In this document: positions 25,998 to 40,402 of the stretch, in pieces
How positions within the stretch are numbered: position 1 is the stretch's first letter
How the letters are laid out: every line of letters starts with the position of its first letter
Made by a program: the position numbers and the translations under genes
Assembly: GCA_951406725.2 (NCBI GenBank)
Contig: OX597827.1
Coordinates: forward strand, 51,894,001-51,958,000
DNA: 64,000 nt
DNA from: Octopus vulgaris
Lineage: Eukaryota
Reading direction: 5' to 3'
The notes under the pieces: model-generated
Told to the model about the DNA's origin: nothing
Databases searched by the model: none
Seen by the model: the letters and a program-made list of their open reading frames with translations, nothing else

Positions 25998-26339
25998 TAT
26001 ATGATGCATATGGGTGAGGACAGCTGCGTAAAGAAGTGCTGGGCTCTAATTGTGGAGGGAACCTGTGGAAAGGGTAGACCCAGAAAGATGTGGGACAAAA
26101 TGGTGAGAAAGAATCTTCAGACGCCACATAAAATCCACTCGTGCCAGTGCTGCATAAACACATCAATACCAGTGGCATGTAAAAAGCATCGAACACACTC
26201 TGTAAAGTGGTTGGTGTTAGGAAGGGTATCCAGCCATAGAAACCATGCCACAACAGACAATTGAAATCTGGACAGCTCCCCCGCTGGCCAGCTCCTGTCA
26301 ACCTGTTCAACCCATGCCAGCATGAAAAACAGACAGTAA

Positions 26340-26373
<34 letters not shown>
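25998..26373 (+). mobile_element. RTE deletion derivative: ORF C-terminus joined to the 3' end
   Basis: EDSCVKKC..LIVEGTCGKGRPRKMW matches the end of the 8464-11337 ORF, and a (GAT)n tail follows. Confidence 0.85.
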
Positions 26374-26374
<1 letters not shown>

Positions 26375-26835
26375 ATATGTCTAGTCATTCCTAACTTAGA
26401 TGTTTCTCTAATCATCAAGGCTTTTGATGTTCCTCTACTCTGATCATTTGAGGGTTTTTATAAGACATTCTTTCATTAAACTAATACTTAATCAAAACTT
26501 AAATCAGTATAGCTAATGCTAATATCAGCTCAATATGGCTATCTTTGATCTACAGATGTAGCATTTCATGTGCATATCACTTGTAAACTAGATTTTAGAA
26601 TTAAAATCTTTAATTAAGAAATAAAAATATCTAGTTTAAATCCAGCCAGCTGTTATGTATATGTCTAGGAATAATACATCTACGACAATCAGAGATCAAA
26701 CAGATTAAAATGTAGTATAGGTGTAAATAATTAAATATATTTTATTTATAGAGTTGAGACAAAAAAAAATTATGATTATATTTAACAATAACTCATCTGA
26801 TATATTTAATCAAAATTTTCTGGTTTGCTTTCCAG

Positions 26836-27504
26836 GGTTTTGTTCCGGAAGTTTACAAAGCAGTCAGCCATGATTGCTATAAGAACCAAAGGGAGCTTTG
26901 TCAAATGTGATACCCTTTATTTGTACTAGCATCCAACTCTAATAAAGAAAGGAAGAAAGAACTTGTGAGAGTTGCAGAAACTTTGCCAAATTTATAACAA
27001 TTATTAGAAATATTTATTATAATTATTGTTGTTGTAATTGTTAATGATATTACTAATATTTGTAATTCATGTGTTATTCCAGGAATATATCAATATTTTT
27101 CTGATGGTCAAATTTTTTGAAGCATTTGAAGAAAAGACAGGCATTATTACCACAACAAAAGCAAAATAACACAATAATGAGATTTTAATCAAAGATGATT
27201 ATATTTTTATTTTAGTTTTTATTTCTGTTATTATTTATATTATTGTTATTGATGTTGTTGTTGTCAACATTTGCAAGAAATATTCTCCAATCTTTTACTT
27301 ATTCTTCTCATTAATTCTTGAAAAAAATCATAAAGAAACTCAGTACTCAAGAGAAGGAAAATAAGTATTAAAAAGTACAGGAATATAACTAACAGTGAAA
27401 TTAAAATTGCCAGAAAACAAAGAAAGAAAGACTCCCTAGAATTTATTTTAACATCAGAGGATAATCTACAAGAGTGGTATTTGTCACACTTAGTGTGACT
27501 CAAC
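26836..27504 (+). other. Candidate 5'-UTR portion of the coding exon
   Basis: Acceptor TTTTCTGGTTTGCTTTCCAG ends at 26835. An in-frame TGA at 27496 precedes the ATG. A 19-codon uORF lies at 26870-26929. Confidence 0.55.
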
Positions 27505-28404
27505 ATGAACATCTTTGAATCTATGATATCTGTCCGATACTTGATTGCTTCAGTCTTATGTGCCACATGTTGTTCAATGCCACATCTTGTCGACCTAATC
27601 ACAGGAGCTGAACACAAGCACCACGGTTCCACTACACAGAGTTCAAACAACAACAGTGGAGCAAGTTCCAACAACGAACACAGTCACAAGTCCTTCTCCT
27701 CACCGTCCACCTCTCAAGAGACTCATCAACAGTCAAAACAATATTCAGAGACTATTTACCATCACTATGCCAAAATTGGCCGATCACTGGATAGACAACC
27801 TCAACAGCTAAAAATTGGCGCCTTAACGGATACACTGTCAAACAACCAGCAAACTGATAACAGAACAATGACAAACATAAACCTGTCTTCCATGCCATTT
27901 TCATCTTCATCAAACATGTCTGTCAACAAAACAATAGTCAATGTATTGGGTTCGATATCTGTCAACAACAGCAATGCCACTCAAGTTGATGAGGACTTGC
28001 CGGTAGCGTCCGTGTCACCCCCGGAAGACATCGTCGTACACAAAGACTTACCCCTTCCTTTGCTCATTGCCAGCCCCGTGGCAGCAGTGAGCATTATCAT
28101 TTTCGTGTGCATCGCCTACTACTGCCACTCATCGCAGTTGGACGCACGTGCACGACAATTAGCTCTGAAGTACGCTGTCATCTCAACAGAGCCACCAGTC
28201 TGCAGCCGAGGGGTGCCATCCACTTCCAGTGTCGACATGGACCTCATCAGAAAGCCCTCATTACGACCAAGTACTAGTAGGACTTCAACTCCTAACCAGA
28301 CCCCAGATGGTTCAAAACGAGGCAGCATCAACTGGGTTGCTATTGGTGACCAGGAAGTCATAACTTATACAGCAGCACGACGACATTCCACATTCATTCT
28401 ATAA
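27505..28404 (+). CDS. Uncharacterised 299-aa type I single-pass membrane glycoprotein, single coding exon
   Basis: CAACATG start context. Signal peptide to ~aa 24. S/T/N/H-rich ectodomain with 7 N-x-S/T sequons. TM helix ~184-206 (LPLLIASPVAAVSIIIFVCIAYY). Tail has RKPS, KRGS and RRHS. The sequence is non-repetitive and more GC-rich than its flanks. Confidence 0.88.
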   Translation: MNIFESMISVRYLIASVLCATCCSMPHLVDLITGAEHKHHGSTTQSSNNNSGASSNNEHSHKSFSSPSTSQETHQQSKQYSETIYHHYAKIGRSLDRQPQQLKIGALTDTLSNNQQTDNRTMTNINLSSMPFSSSSNMSVNKTIVNVLGSISVNNSNATQVDEDLPVASVSPPEDIVVHKDLPLPLLIASPVAAVSIIIFVCIAYYCHSSQLDARARQLALKYAVISTEPPVCSRGVPSTSSVDMDLIRKPSLRPSTSRTSTPNQTPDGSKRGSINWVAIGDQEVITYTAARRHSTFIL

Positions 28405-28792
28405 ACACTTTCTCTTATATCATCACCATCATCATCATCATCATCATAGTCATCATCATCAACATCATCATCATTATCATCATAATTATTATAATCTATT
28501 ACCCTAAGTGAATGCAGACGGCCAAAACAATAGTATATCACAATAATTGCATAAATGTTTAATTTCCCCCTTGGTTTTCCCTTTAAATTTGTAACAGGGT
28601 CAATTCTAACTGTATTTTCCAGTACATCAGTATCAATAAACTAAATACTTCTCCTACCCTTTAAATATGTGGCCTTGGGCAAATGTGAAAAATCATCAGC
28701 ATCAGCACCATCATAATCATCATCATCATCATGCTGTTCTTGTTGTTAATATTATTATTATTATTATTATTAATATTATTATTATTATTATT

Positions 28793-28986
28793 CCACCAAG
28801 GTCAACTTTACCTTTCATCCTTACAGGGTCGATAAAATAAGTACCAGTTGTGTAATGGGGTCGATGTACTCGACTATCCCCTGCCCTAAATTTCAGGCCT
28901 ATGCCTATAGTAGAAAGGATTACTAGAAATCATCATCATCATCAACATCATCATCATCATCATCATTATCATCATCATTATTATTA

Positions 28987-29038
<52 letters not shown>

Positions 29039-29200
29039 GGTGGCATTACATTCTCAGTTCAAGTTCTGCCAAGGCCAACTTTACCTTTCATCCCTCTGGG
29101 GGCGATAAAATAAAGTACCAGTTTAGGTACTGGGGTCAATACAACTGACTAGTCCCTGACCACAAATTTCAGGCTTTGTGCCTAAATTAGAAATAATTAC
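28793..29200 (+). mobile_element. Two Meta-like SINE fragments with (ATT)n-type tail, separated by (CAT)n/(ATT)n
   Basis: CCTTTCATCC...GATAAAA..AAGTACCAG core and TTTCAGGC.T.TGCCTA.A.TAGAAA tail. Confidence 0.75.
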
Positions 29201-29681
29201 TATTATTCCTATTATTATTGTTATTATCATTATTGTGTTTTCACCCATTTGGATGGACATGCTTTGGTTCATTCCATGAAATTTCCATTTTATACTATGT
29301 GCAGCTGAAGAAAATTATTTCTTTTTGAATAATTTTCTTCAAAGAATTTTTCTGGAACATTTTGGATGTTTCCCTATACTAGGAAGACACAAGGTCTGTC
29401 AGTTTTGGACATTTTTAAGCAATTATATTTTTGTTTACATTCAACTTAAATGGCTTCCTGCCAGAAAATATATAATGCCCACGAAAATGATATGAATGTA
29501 ACAACACACAAAAAAAAAGAAAGAAAAGGATAAATTAAATAACACAGCAGGATATATATAGATTCATGTGGAAAAAATATCGACTTCTTGACAGAAAAAA
29601 GTGACAATGATTCTAACAATTCCAATGATATGGTTAACAACATCAATAACAATGGACCCACCACACACACATACACACACA

Positions 29682-29754
<73 letters not shown>

Positions 29755-30639
29755 TTTTGTCAAATGAAAATAAGAGAGAAATCAGCTTTCCTTTCATTAA
29801 CACCACCAGTAACAGACAGATGCTGCACATTCATCACCTTGTTGGGAAAAAGTTTGCTTGAAAGAGTTATGCGACCCAAAAGGGAAAGTTTTTTTGCCAC
29901 ACCTCTTTAGCAATGAGTGTGAAAGGAGGAAGATTATATATCTCTTCATTGCCAAGAATGGGGGAACATTTCTTTATGCCTTCAAGGGAACAATTGCAGT
30001 TTTCCCTAAACGAGATGTGGAATGATATCTCCTCTACTGGTCAGGGTAGAAATTATAGGGCCTTGTGCCTAGTTTTCAAAACTGATGAAGAGGAGAAGTG
30101 TAAGGCACACTGGTGCTACAGATATATAAGTAAGGATCATTTGAGAGTTTTCTATTCTGAAGAACTTGAGAAACAGTGGAAAGGAGACCAGCTGAACCAA
30201 CAACAACAGCAAGTCCCAGAACAATTTTCAAAGTACCACCAGTTGCACCACTGCTTGCAACTCTGAGGATTACTGAAAATAATTTCACCATCAGTCCCAG
30301 AAGCTGCCAATCTAGGACCACACCCCAAGCATTTTATTTTTAACTGTCCCTGATAGTTTCCCACTTTTCTCTAGTTTTTATCACCTCATCATTATTGCAG
30401 AGCAATGGGGCAGAACTGCAGCTCAGAGATTTTGACTTGTCATGTTCTGGCATATGAGACACCTGGGCTTCTCAGTATCCTACTTCATTAACAGCCTCTG
30501 GTGCTGATGGTACTGAAAGTGAAACAATTTTGTTTGCTTTCCCTGACTATCCTTGGGACTACATTCCAGTGCTACTCTCAAAATTGCAGTTGCAGAAGTA
30601 GTCATAATTTTCACTTCAGTGACCTACTGTTGTCTTATT

Positions 30640-31250
30640 CTTAATCATCTTTGAAGCAGAAAGTTCTCAGTGGCCTTTACCTCTACACATGTAGAAACTG
30701 AGCTCTCTACCTATGCAGCAGCAATTTGGTTGACCTCTTTACTCCTTTAATGGATTTCAACTCCAGTATATCTTACGGTCATTAAGAGTCATCTTGACCT
30801 AGAGGTCCATGCAGATCCATCCAGCTATTTGTTGTGAATCATCTCCACACTCACCACATCGTTGTTGCCCTGAGGTGAAGATAAACCAATGATTAATATC
30901 CATATCAGTATCTCTGGTTGTGATCCTCTTGTATTCCTAAGACCCATATTTGGCAGTAATAGCTTGTGTGCCAGTATGTACTACACCAGTTTTACTTGTC
31001 TCTCCTCTGTCTCTTCACATGATTCCCATTCTTAAAGACCAGCAGACACTTCTGTATATTCTGCTTTGGTCAAGGGAGCACAGTCTGCCACACATTAGTC
31101 AGAACTTCCTTCAGATTTTCTTTTGAGGGCATATGGTAACCTTCCCCATTGTTTCAAAAAACAGAGGTATGCTATCTTCTATCTCATCCTTTCCACTATC
31201 TGTTTCAACATACCCCGTCCATTCCTTCTCCTTTTCACTGAGCTGGCTCA
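30640..31250 (-). mobile_element. Possible highly decayed LINE ORF1 (gag-like knuckle)
   Basis: The minus strand reads IGRELSFYMCRGKGH near 30670-30720, resembling GR...CxxC...GH. GC content is above the flanks. Confidence 0.3.
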
Positions 31251-31823
31251 AATCAAGTTGCTCATTTTGTCCCACATTTATAAAAGATAGACTGTGTTGT
31301 TTGTGGTGGTGATACTAGTGGTAATGATGTTGCCATTGTTTGTACTTTTCCTTTCAGAATAGTATTTTTAATACTGTTCTTATTGTCTTCCATTGTACAA
31401 AATTAAGTGTTTAAGCTTCAAGCTGTCTCTTTGATCTGTTACATCATCTGGTTTTGTTTTGTTTGTTTTTTATCTACCTTGAAATTTTGTTTTTGAATTT
31501 GTCTCTTTTTTCAAATTTTGGCGATATGTTTATGTTATTGAGGCTACTGCTACCACAATTGATGTAAACATCTCTTCCTGCTACTTATAGCCATCTTGCA
31601 ATGCATATAAAATATTGTAAATGACTATTTACCAAAAATAGTTAAACATCTAATGACAAACCTTTCTGCTGTCCCAGTTAATAGGGATGACTCTCAAACA
31701 ATCCAAAAGTTAAAACTAGAACAAAAATATTTCTTGTCCTCATAAAGTAATTCAGTTTCAAATTATTTTTCACAGAACTCTCTCATCTCAGAGGCATCCA
31801 TTTTCTTCAGCATAATAATAATG

Positions 31824-31883
<60 letters not shown>

Positions 31884-32630
31884 GTAATAAGGGGCAAGCA
31901 CTGTAAAGTTCCTTATAATTTAAATTCACGAAATGATTTTGATTCCTGATCAAAGCTATTTTTTCACTTCCCTGATACTATGCATGCTCTTAGGAAAGAC
32001 ACAACCATCACATATGTTCATTATCCCTTTCTTAAAAAGAAAAACAAAATAGAGAGCCTTTATGCCTTGTCAAAGAAAATTAATAACAATAGTAACAATA
32101 TTCTTTATGATAATAAATACTAATGTTTTCTCCAGAAATCTTGAAAATGTAACTCAGATTCCCAAAATGCTGAATTCCAAAAGTTTTATTTGCAAAATGC
32201 TTCGAAATTAATTTTAATGAAGAGATGTTTTGTACGGTTTTGTGCGGGACAAAATAAATTTTTCAGGGATGGGATTTTTTTCCCCAATTTATTATTTTTA
32301 TTTGTTGTCACTATAGGAGGGTGTCATGGAGTAAAATCAAAGCAAGGAAAACATAAAGATTTTTTTTTTTATAAAATATGCAAATGAATATATACAAAAA
32401 ACTTCAGACCCACTCCAAATAAAATTGCTGTATTGATAAAAGAGAAAAATATATGAATATAAACACAACCCTAACACACCTCTCAAAAATATGAATTTCA
32501 CTCTATTTTACTTTACAAACAAAGCCTTCCTATCTTGGTTCAATGAATTTATTGTAGCTTGCTTTACAAAATCTTTATAACATTTCTTCCACTTGCATCA
32601 TTTTCAAAAATTGATATATATGTATATACA

Positions 32631-32714
<84 letters not shown>

Positions 32715-32719
32715 CATAC

Positions 32720-32782
<63 letters not shown>

Positions 32783-33149
32783 TATAGACATATATACGTA
32801 CATACATACATACATATAATATAAATAACATATATATACATATATATCATTCATTCATTCATAAATATAAATGCACATACACGAATGTGTGTGTGTGTAT
32901 ATAGTTATATATCTATAAATATATACATATAATATATTATTATTATATTGCATTATATTATATCACAAAGGGTCAGTTTCTACTGCAAGAGGAAACTTAT
33001 AAGTAACTGTTACCCTTTACAATATAAAATATGAGAATCCATTCTATATTTTGTATCAAATTCTACATTTGATAATGTTTATTCACAGTATAACAAACAA
33101 CCATAAATGTTATGTATGTCAAACATTCACAATAATACACACATGCATA

Positions 33150-33215
<66 letters not shown>

Positions 33216-33285
33216 TGTATGTATGTATGTATGTATGTATGTATGTATGTATGTATGTATGTATGTATATGTATGTATGTATACA

Positions 33286-33390
<105 letters not shown>

Positions 33391-33469
33391 GTAGGTATGT
33401 ATATGTGTATATGTGTGTGTGTGTGTGTGTGTATGTGTGTATATATATGTATATATATATATGTAATAT

Positions 33470-34320
33470 TGGTTTCAAATTTTTAGCAAAAAAACCACCA
33501 GTTTTGGAGGCAGAGCATAGTTGACTATATTAACCCCAGTATTTAAATGTTACTTATTTTATCAACGCTAAAAGGATGAAAGGCAAAATTTCAACTCAGA
33601 ATGCTAAGACAAGGAAATGTCACTAAACATTTTGCCTAATGTACTAACAATTCTGCCAGTTTGCTGAATATTAATATTATGATTAATGGTTAAGGCAGCA
33701 AGCTGGATGAATGCTTGGTGGCATTTCTTCCATTTCTTTATGTTCTGAGTTCATATTCTGCCAAGGTCAGCTTTGCCCTTCAACCTTTTAGAGTTGATAA
33801 AATAAGTATCAACTGGACACTGCGGCCAATGTAATCAACTAACCTCCACCCCTACAATTGCTGGCTTTGTACCAAAATTTGAAAGCATTATTATTCAGAT
33901 GATTATTATTATTATTATTACTAAGGTGGTAAACTGGCAGAATCACTATGCAGTGAACAAAATGCTTTGTAGTATTTCTTCCAGAGCTTTACATTCAGAG
34001 TTCAAATTCCACAAAGGTTATTTTTTCCTGTTTTGGGGGTCACTAAAATAAGTATCACTTGACCTCTGTCCCCCAAAAGTTGCCAGCTTCATGCCAAAAA
34101 TTGAAACCATTATTGTGATTATTATGATTATTACTACTACTACTAAGGTAGAATCATTAGCACATTGGGTAAAATGCTTAGTGGCATCTTTGCATTTTGA
34201 GTTCAAACTCTGCCAAGGTCAACTTTGCCTTTCATACTTTCAGGATCAATAAATTAATCCAACGTAAACCATTTACCCACTCACCAGAAATTGTACTAAA
34301 ATCTGAAAGCATTATTATTA
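33470..34320. mobile_element. Cluster of four decayed Meta-like SINEs (one minus, three plus)
   Basis: Copies at ~33470-33670 (-), ~33690-33890, ~33922-34112 and ~34144-34315 (+), separated by (ATT)n. Confidence 0.75.
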
Positions 34321-34642
34321 TTATTACTACTTATATTTTGGTCAAGTCAGTCCCTTGCAACTCTGGGGTTTTGCCTGTGTTTTCACAAGGTGACCATGAA
34401 AGTTATGACTTCAGAAAAGAGACTGATTTGGCCAACATAAAAATAGTTTTAATCTCTACTATAGTATGGAGTATTCATTCTTCCAACAGTCAACACTAAA
34501 CAAGTATGTATATAAGTCTAACTATTTATATATATATATATGATACAGAAAAATAGACTAAATGAGTGTTCTATTAAAATATGTCATTTATATATATGTA
34601 AGCTGTCCTCACAGCCTTCCTGCATTGGTGAATTCCCTTACT

Positions 34643-34689
<47 letters not shown>

Positions 34690-34705
34690 TGTATTTATGT
34701 GTATA

Positions 34706-34738
<33 letters not shown>

Positions 34739-35284
34739 ATTTATAGTAAAGGCTATTTGCCAACATAATGTGGAGTGGCTGTCATGGAAGGGGCAATGTT
34801 ACTGTTGTTTAGCCACAAGAAACATCATTTCTAGCTGGCTATACAACACAATATCTGTGTCCTTATATTTTCAAACAGGTAGTTCAGCATACATATTAGT
34901 CACATATAAAAAAAAGGCATACATATATTCTTTTGTGTGTGTGCATGTACAATTTCACTATGTAAAATGGCGTAAATGTCGAGTTGTGTCCCTTGAACAG
35001 TGATTATAAGATAACTACCAAACTAAAGTATATGGTCAATGCAACTGACTTTAAAGGTGGTTCTTCAATATGGCCACAATCCAATGACTGAAGCCAGTAA
35101 AAGTGTACATCCTCAATAAACATAGAATAACTTGGCAAATTTTAACAATTGTAAACTTCCTTCTATATTTCATTCTATATTTAACTTAACAATCAATTAC
35201 TTAATTCAGCTTTTAAATCTGATGCTAAATGGTATGATGATATGTGTCTTTTGTATGGATGATATACAGCATATAAACATAAAA

Positions 35285-35338
<54 letters not shown>

Positions 35339-35625
35339 GCATACATACATACACACACGCGTTTACTTATTTTATTTATTTATTCATCTGTATACATATA
35401 TACGTATGTTTTAATATATATACATACATATATATGTGTATATGCTTACACATCTATTTATATACATATATATATACATACATATATATATATATATGTA
35501 TGTATGTATGTTTATATATATATATATATATATATTTAGATATATATATGTATGTATATAGATGTATATGTTTGTTTGTGTGTGTGTGTGTGTGGGTGTG
35601 TGTGTATGCATATAGATACATATGT

Positions 35626-35660
<35 letters not shown>

Positions 35661-36612
35661 TATACATATGTAATGTGTGTATATGTATGTATATATATAT
35701 ATATATATATCTACATGCATACATATGTACGTTCATACATGCACACAAACACGCACACATGTATGTATGTATGTATGTATGTATGTATGCATGCATGTAT
35801 GTATTTATGTATGTATGCATGCATGTATGTATGTGTGTATGTATGTATGTATGTATGTATGTATGTATGTATGTATGTATGTATGTATGTATGTAGACAT
35901 GTATGTAGACATGTATTACATATGCAGCTACATGTAAATTGATGCATACCTGACAACTGTTATGGATTTGAATCCATTTACAGAATTTCACATGTCTTTG
36001 GCAGAGATTGCTTTTATCATTCCAAAAGAAGGAAAAGAAATACTATTATAGCTGATGATCAAGTTAAAATGACTTCAGATGGAGCTGACTAGGAATACTA
36101 AAAAATCTTTATTAAATATCTTTAAAAGTAAGACTATCTTACATACTGGCTGCTGGCTCTCTCTGACTGATACACCTACAGCAATTTCAGTCAGCTTTTC
36201 TTTCTGCTTTTTCCCACGATGGAATTTATGCATCTTTGTGCAGAAATATTGAGTATGGATTAAAATCTGCTGTTAAAACACATATAATGTGAATATGTGT
36301 CTGATTAAAAAGAATACAATATTGGCAGACATTAGTACTAAGTCCACTACTTGAAGATATATATAGATAATTGCATTGCTTTCGAATTTATCACAATTTA
36401 AACTATTAATAGTTTTACAAGATTACATACAAATGCATACACATACACACACATACACACACACACATACATGCATGCATGCAAATGTATGTGTGAGTGT
36501 ATTATGTGTGTATATGGATATATATATGTATGTATATACATATGACACACAGACACATATGTATGTGTATGTGTGTATATATATATATACACACATATAC
36601 ACATATATACAC

Positions 36613-36682
<70 letters not shown>

Positions 36683-36689
36683 TTGTCTA

Positions 36690-37198
36690 TTAGTTTGTCA
36701 AGTGTGAAATTTGTAGAAAAGAAAAAAAAAGTTTGCTAATGTTTTATAAATACAAGGAATAGTTTTATTCATCAAAGTATGCAGCCATATTGTCAATACA
36801 TTTTACCATTTCAAAATGGCAGTTTGGCCAGCCCATAATTATAGAAGCCTGGTAATCTAGAGTCAATAAAATCGTGGAAGGCCTGTTTTACAGCATCGTC
36901 GGAATTAAATTTTTTTCCTATTAAAAATGTTATCCAAATTAGAATGAAATGCTCCATTAATATTCCGAGCGGTCTGTGATGCTGCATTTCCAAGAAAGAA
37001 CTCATATTTCAAAACTGTATGAATTTCCGACTTAACCATCTCTAAACAAAAATAGCAAAACACGATTTTAAAATAATCTATAAAGCACAAAATGAGTTAG
37101 AATAAAGAAATAGATGTGTCAGCTTTCTAATAAAAAATAGAGATTGTCAAAATATAATAATGGCGCAAAATGAGCAGCTGTCATACTTGACAACCTAA
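36690..37198 (-). mobile_element. Internally deleted mariner element, second family
   Basis: TA TSDs and TIR TTAG(T/G)TTGTCAAGT(G/A)TGA. N-terminal MVKSEIHTVLKYEFFLGNAASQTARNIN is fused to C-terminal KKFNSDDAVKQAFHDFIDSR..GFY..G...LP. Confidence 0.85.
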
Positions 37199-38211
37199 TA
37201 TATATATAAAATGTGTGTGTATATGTGTATGCATGTGGGGGGTGGAATAGTCATGGATGAGTGTGTGTGTATCTTGTTATCATAACATCACATATTTGTA
37301 AATGAATATCATTTTCCTACAGGTAGTGTAGTTTGCATCCAATCTTCTGGGAAAAGATGTTGAGTCTTGGGAATATTGCTTGAAAACAGATGATGGATGG
37401 TGACAGTAAGAATATCTGTCTGGCCATAGAAAATTTGACTCAATAAATTCTGATAAGAAAAGTGTATGCTAAAATAATGAATGAAGCATAAAATGCAAGC
37501 CTGGATATTCTTGAAAGCATGGCTGGATAGCTCAGAAGTCCGTTTCATAGCCATGTGGTTTCAGATTCGTTGCCAATACATGGCACCATGGAGAAATGTC
37601 TTCTGCTGTAAAACCTTCACTTGAACAATGAATCTTGAGTGAAATTGGCAGATGGAAATTATAGTGAAGTTCATTGTGTGTGTGTTGGTGTGTTCCCATC
37701 TATATTTTGACATGCTGCATCAAAACAATGTCACTGATATCACCAGATAAGTAAGTTTCGTTGCTTACATCTGTTGCAAAGTATATCTGGCTTGTTGAGA
37801 CTTTTGTTATTTGAAAGACCAATGAAATGAGTATCTTATTACCTCATTTTGAAGCAAGTAAGGTTAGAGTAAGGTTAGAAAAGAGGAAGGATATATAGCA
37901 ATAGAATACTGCCTCAAAAATTCTCATTGAACCCATGCCGACATGGAGAAAGCAGACATAAAACAATGACATTGATATACCTATATATATATATATATAT
38001 ATAGCGAGAAGAGGAAGAGAGAGAGAGTGTACACACAATTCTTGCAAACTGGTGTGACTGAGGCAGCTGATTCTCATCTTGAACATTTGTACATCAATGT
38101 CTGCTCAAAGGCTTGCAACAATATGAAGTAACTAACTTTATATTTTATAATATTATATATATTACATACATAGATATATAGATGCATACACAAATATATA
38201 TATATATATAT

Positions 38212-38420
38212 TTGAAGGAATAAAATCCAAAACTTACAAAGAAAAAAAATTCAATTTAGAAATACTAAATCAAATTTCACACAATATAATATATATATAA
38301 AATATTAGAAAAAACCACCTTTTATCAATTCAAAATGAACAATTAAATTACACCATCTAGAAAATTACATATAATAGAAATATTAAAATTAAAATAACAA
38401 ATGTCAATGATTAAGTAAAT
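38212..38420. repeat. AT-rich dispersed repeat, related to 41797-42110
   Basis: Shared start GGAATAAA(A)TCCAAA(A)CTTACA and AAAACCAC motif. Confidence 0.65.
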
Positions 38421-39207
38421 TGCAAAAAAATAATAATAAAAACGTATATTATTTGTAGAATATATATATCATTTAATTCATATAATACATTTTCCTCTGA
38501 AGCAACGCACACATACACACACACACTTCAAAATTGATAAAAGCCTAAAAGAAGAAAGTAACTAATAAAACAACAAAAATAGTAACAACTACAGTAATAA
38601 GAATAATAGTTATTCCCAATAAAAGCACAACATCCAAAACACAATTGATTCCAAAATAACAAAAGATATTGATGAACTTTTAACTAGTTCATTCTGTTTA
38701 AAGCTGGAAGAGGAAGTCAAGTGCCAAATGTTTGGTATATATAACTCCATATATTTTATGCCAAATCAAACACACTCTATCATATAAACACTAAACATTG
38801 ATCTTAACTTTGATACAGATTGTTATTAGTCAGTATCATCAAGACTTATGTATATACATGTGGTGATGTATGAATGTGTGAGTGTGTGTGTCTGTGTATG
38901 CATGCATGCATGTGTGTGATATACTTTCAAAAGAGATAAAAGCAGCCACTGCCAGTTTAGTAGAGTTTATTATAGTACAAACATGTAATGATCAAGTAAG
39001 TACCATATGAAAAAAATAAGGGATATACATAAATTGATAAATTTTCTACAACTAAGGAAAAGTCATGTTACTAGTAATTTCAAACTAGTTGTTTTGAATA
39101 TACAAATCAGCCAAGCCTGATGAAAATAAATGCAACTATCTTGTATACCACTGAGTGATTTTGAAAATACTAGTAACATGAAGTAACTCATATATATATA
39201 TATAGAT

Positions 39208-39278
<71 letters not shown>

Positions 39279-39516
39279 CATACATATATATATAGATATA
39301 TATATACACATATATATATATACTCATATTTTGAGTTCTATTTTTCCTGTTTGCACCACCATAAATATATATATATATTAATAAAAATTTACAGTATTAT
39401 TGGCCATGACAGCCAATCTTACCAATCAGTTGTTAGATTATAGCCATTTCCATAATATGATGTGTACATCAGAGCCGACACGTATGGAAAATGCACACCA
39501 ACTCCTCTTTGTTTTG

Positions 39517-39562
<46 letters not shown>

Positions 39563-40183
39563 GCGTGCGTGCACGCACACACATACAGATAAACCTAAAG
39601 TGATATATTCTGAAATATAGCATCAACAACCAATTACAATGAAGGCTTACTTTGAAGTATAATGCATAAATGCATGTGTGTGTGTGTGTGTGTCTGTGTA
39701 TGGATGTGTGCAACAGTAACAAGTCACAGGAGTACAATAAGGAATCTTGAATACCAATCTATAAAAAATAACTATAATTATAACATATATATTTTAACAA
39801 TACATATACGTGCATGCATGCATGCATACATATGATGATTGAATATGTTTTGTATTACAAAGGAGGAAAAGAAAATAACCTATCCAAATAGGTGCTGCAG
39901 AATTCATTTACTTGGAAACAGCTGATGAATTCCTCTGCTACTACTTGGAGATGTTACTGACACACAGTCACTCAGGCAAGATAAAGATTAATGTAGACTA
40001 CTGTTGAAGAGTAGTTGTATCAATTCTCATTGATCAATAAGTCATATTTGCATGATCGTGAACACAGCTTCAAAGCTAACATAGGTACTTGAATTTCCTT
40101 GTAGCTGTACCTATCACCGTGTTGCATACTGCAAAAATTGGCTCAACAAAGAACAGGAGAATAAATATTTAGATATTCTAGAA

Positions 40184-40402
40184 CAGTGCTTTTCAAACTT
40201 TTTGCTGGAGTGGAACCCCAAGGAAACATTCCACTGGCTCGAGGAACCCCTGTGCAATAATTTAATAGTCTTATGCACACATATCTGCACAGGAGAATTA
40301 AAAATTACTGCCGATTTTAGCAGTTTTGTAACTTCTTGCGGAACCCCTGGACTGTACTGGCGGAACCCTAAGGTTCCGCTGAACCCTGGTTGAAAACCAC
40401 TG
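40184..40402. mobile_element. hAT (Charlie/Buster-type) MITE, 219 bp
   Basis: TIR CAGTG(C/G)TTTTCAA (12/13), perfect 8-bp TSD TTCTAGAA at 40176-40183 and 40403-40410, and subterminal GGAACCC repeats. Confidence 0.93.

Noticed and set aside
27264-28361. Minus-strand ORFs of 136 aa and 80 aa
   Set aside because: They are antisense to the 299-aa gene, start at non-ATG codons or lack motifs, and have no independent support.
29913-30266. 117-aa ORF with a nearby HTGATD string resembling a retroviral protease DTGA
   Set aside because: The motif is frameshifted and too short, and there are no other LTR-element features.
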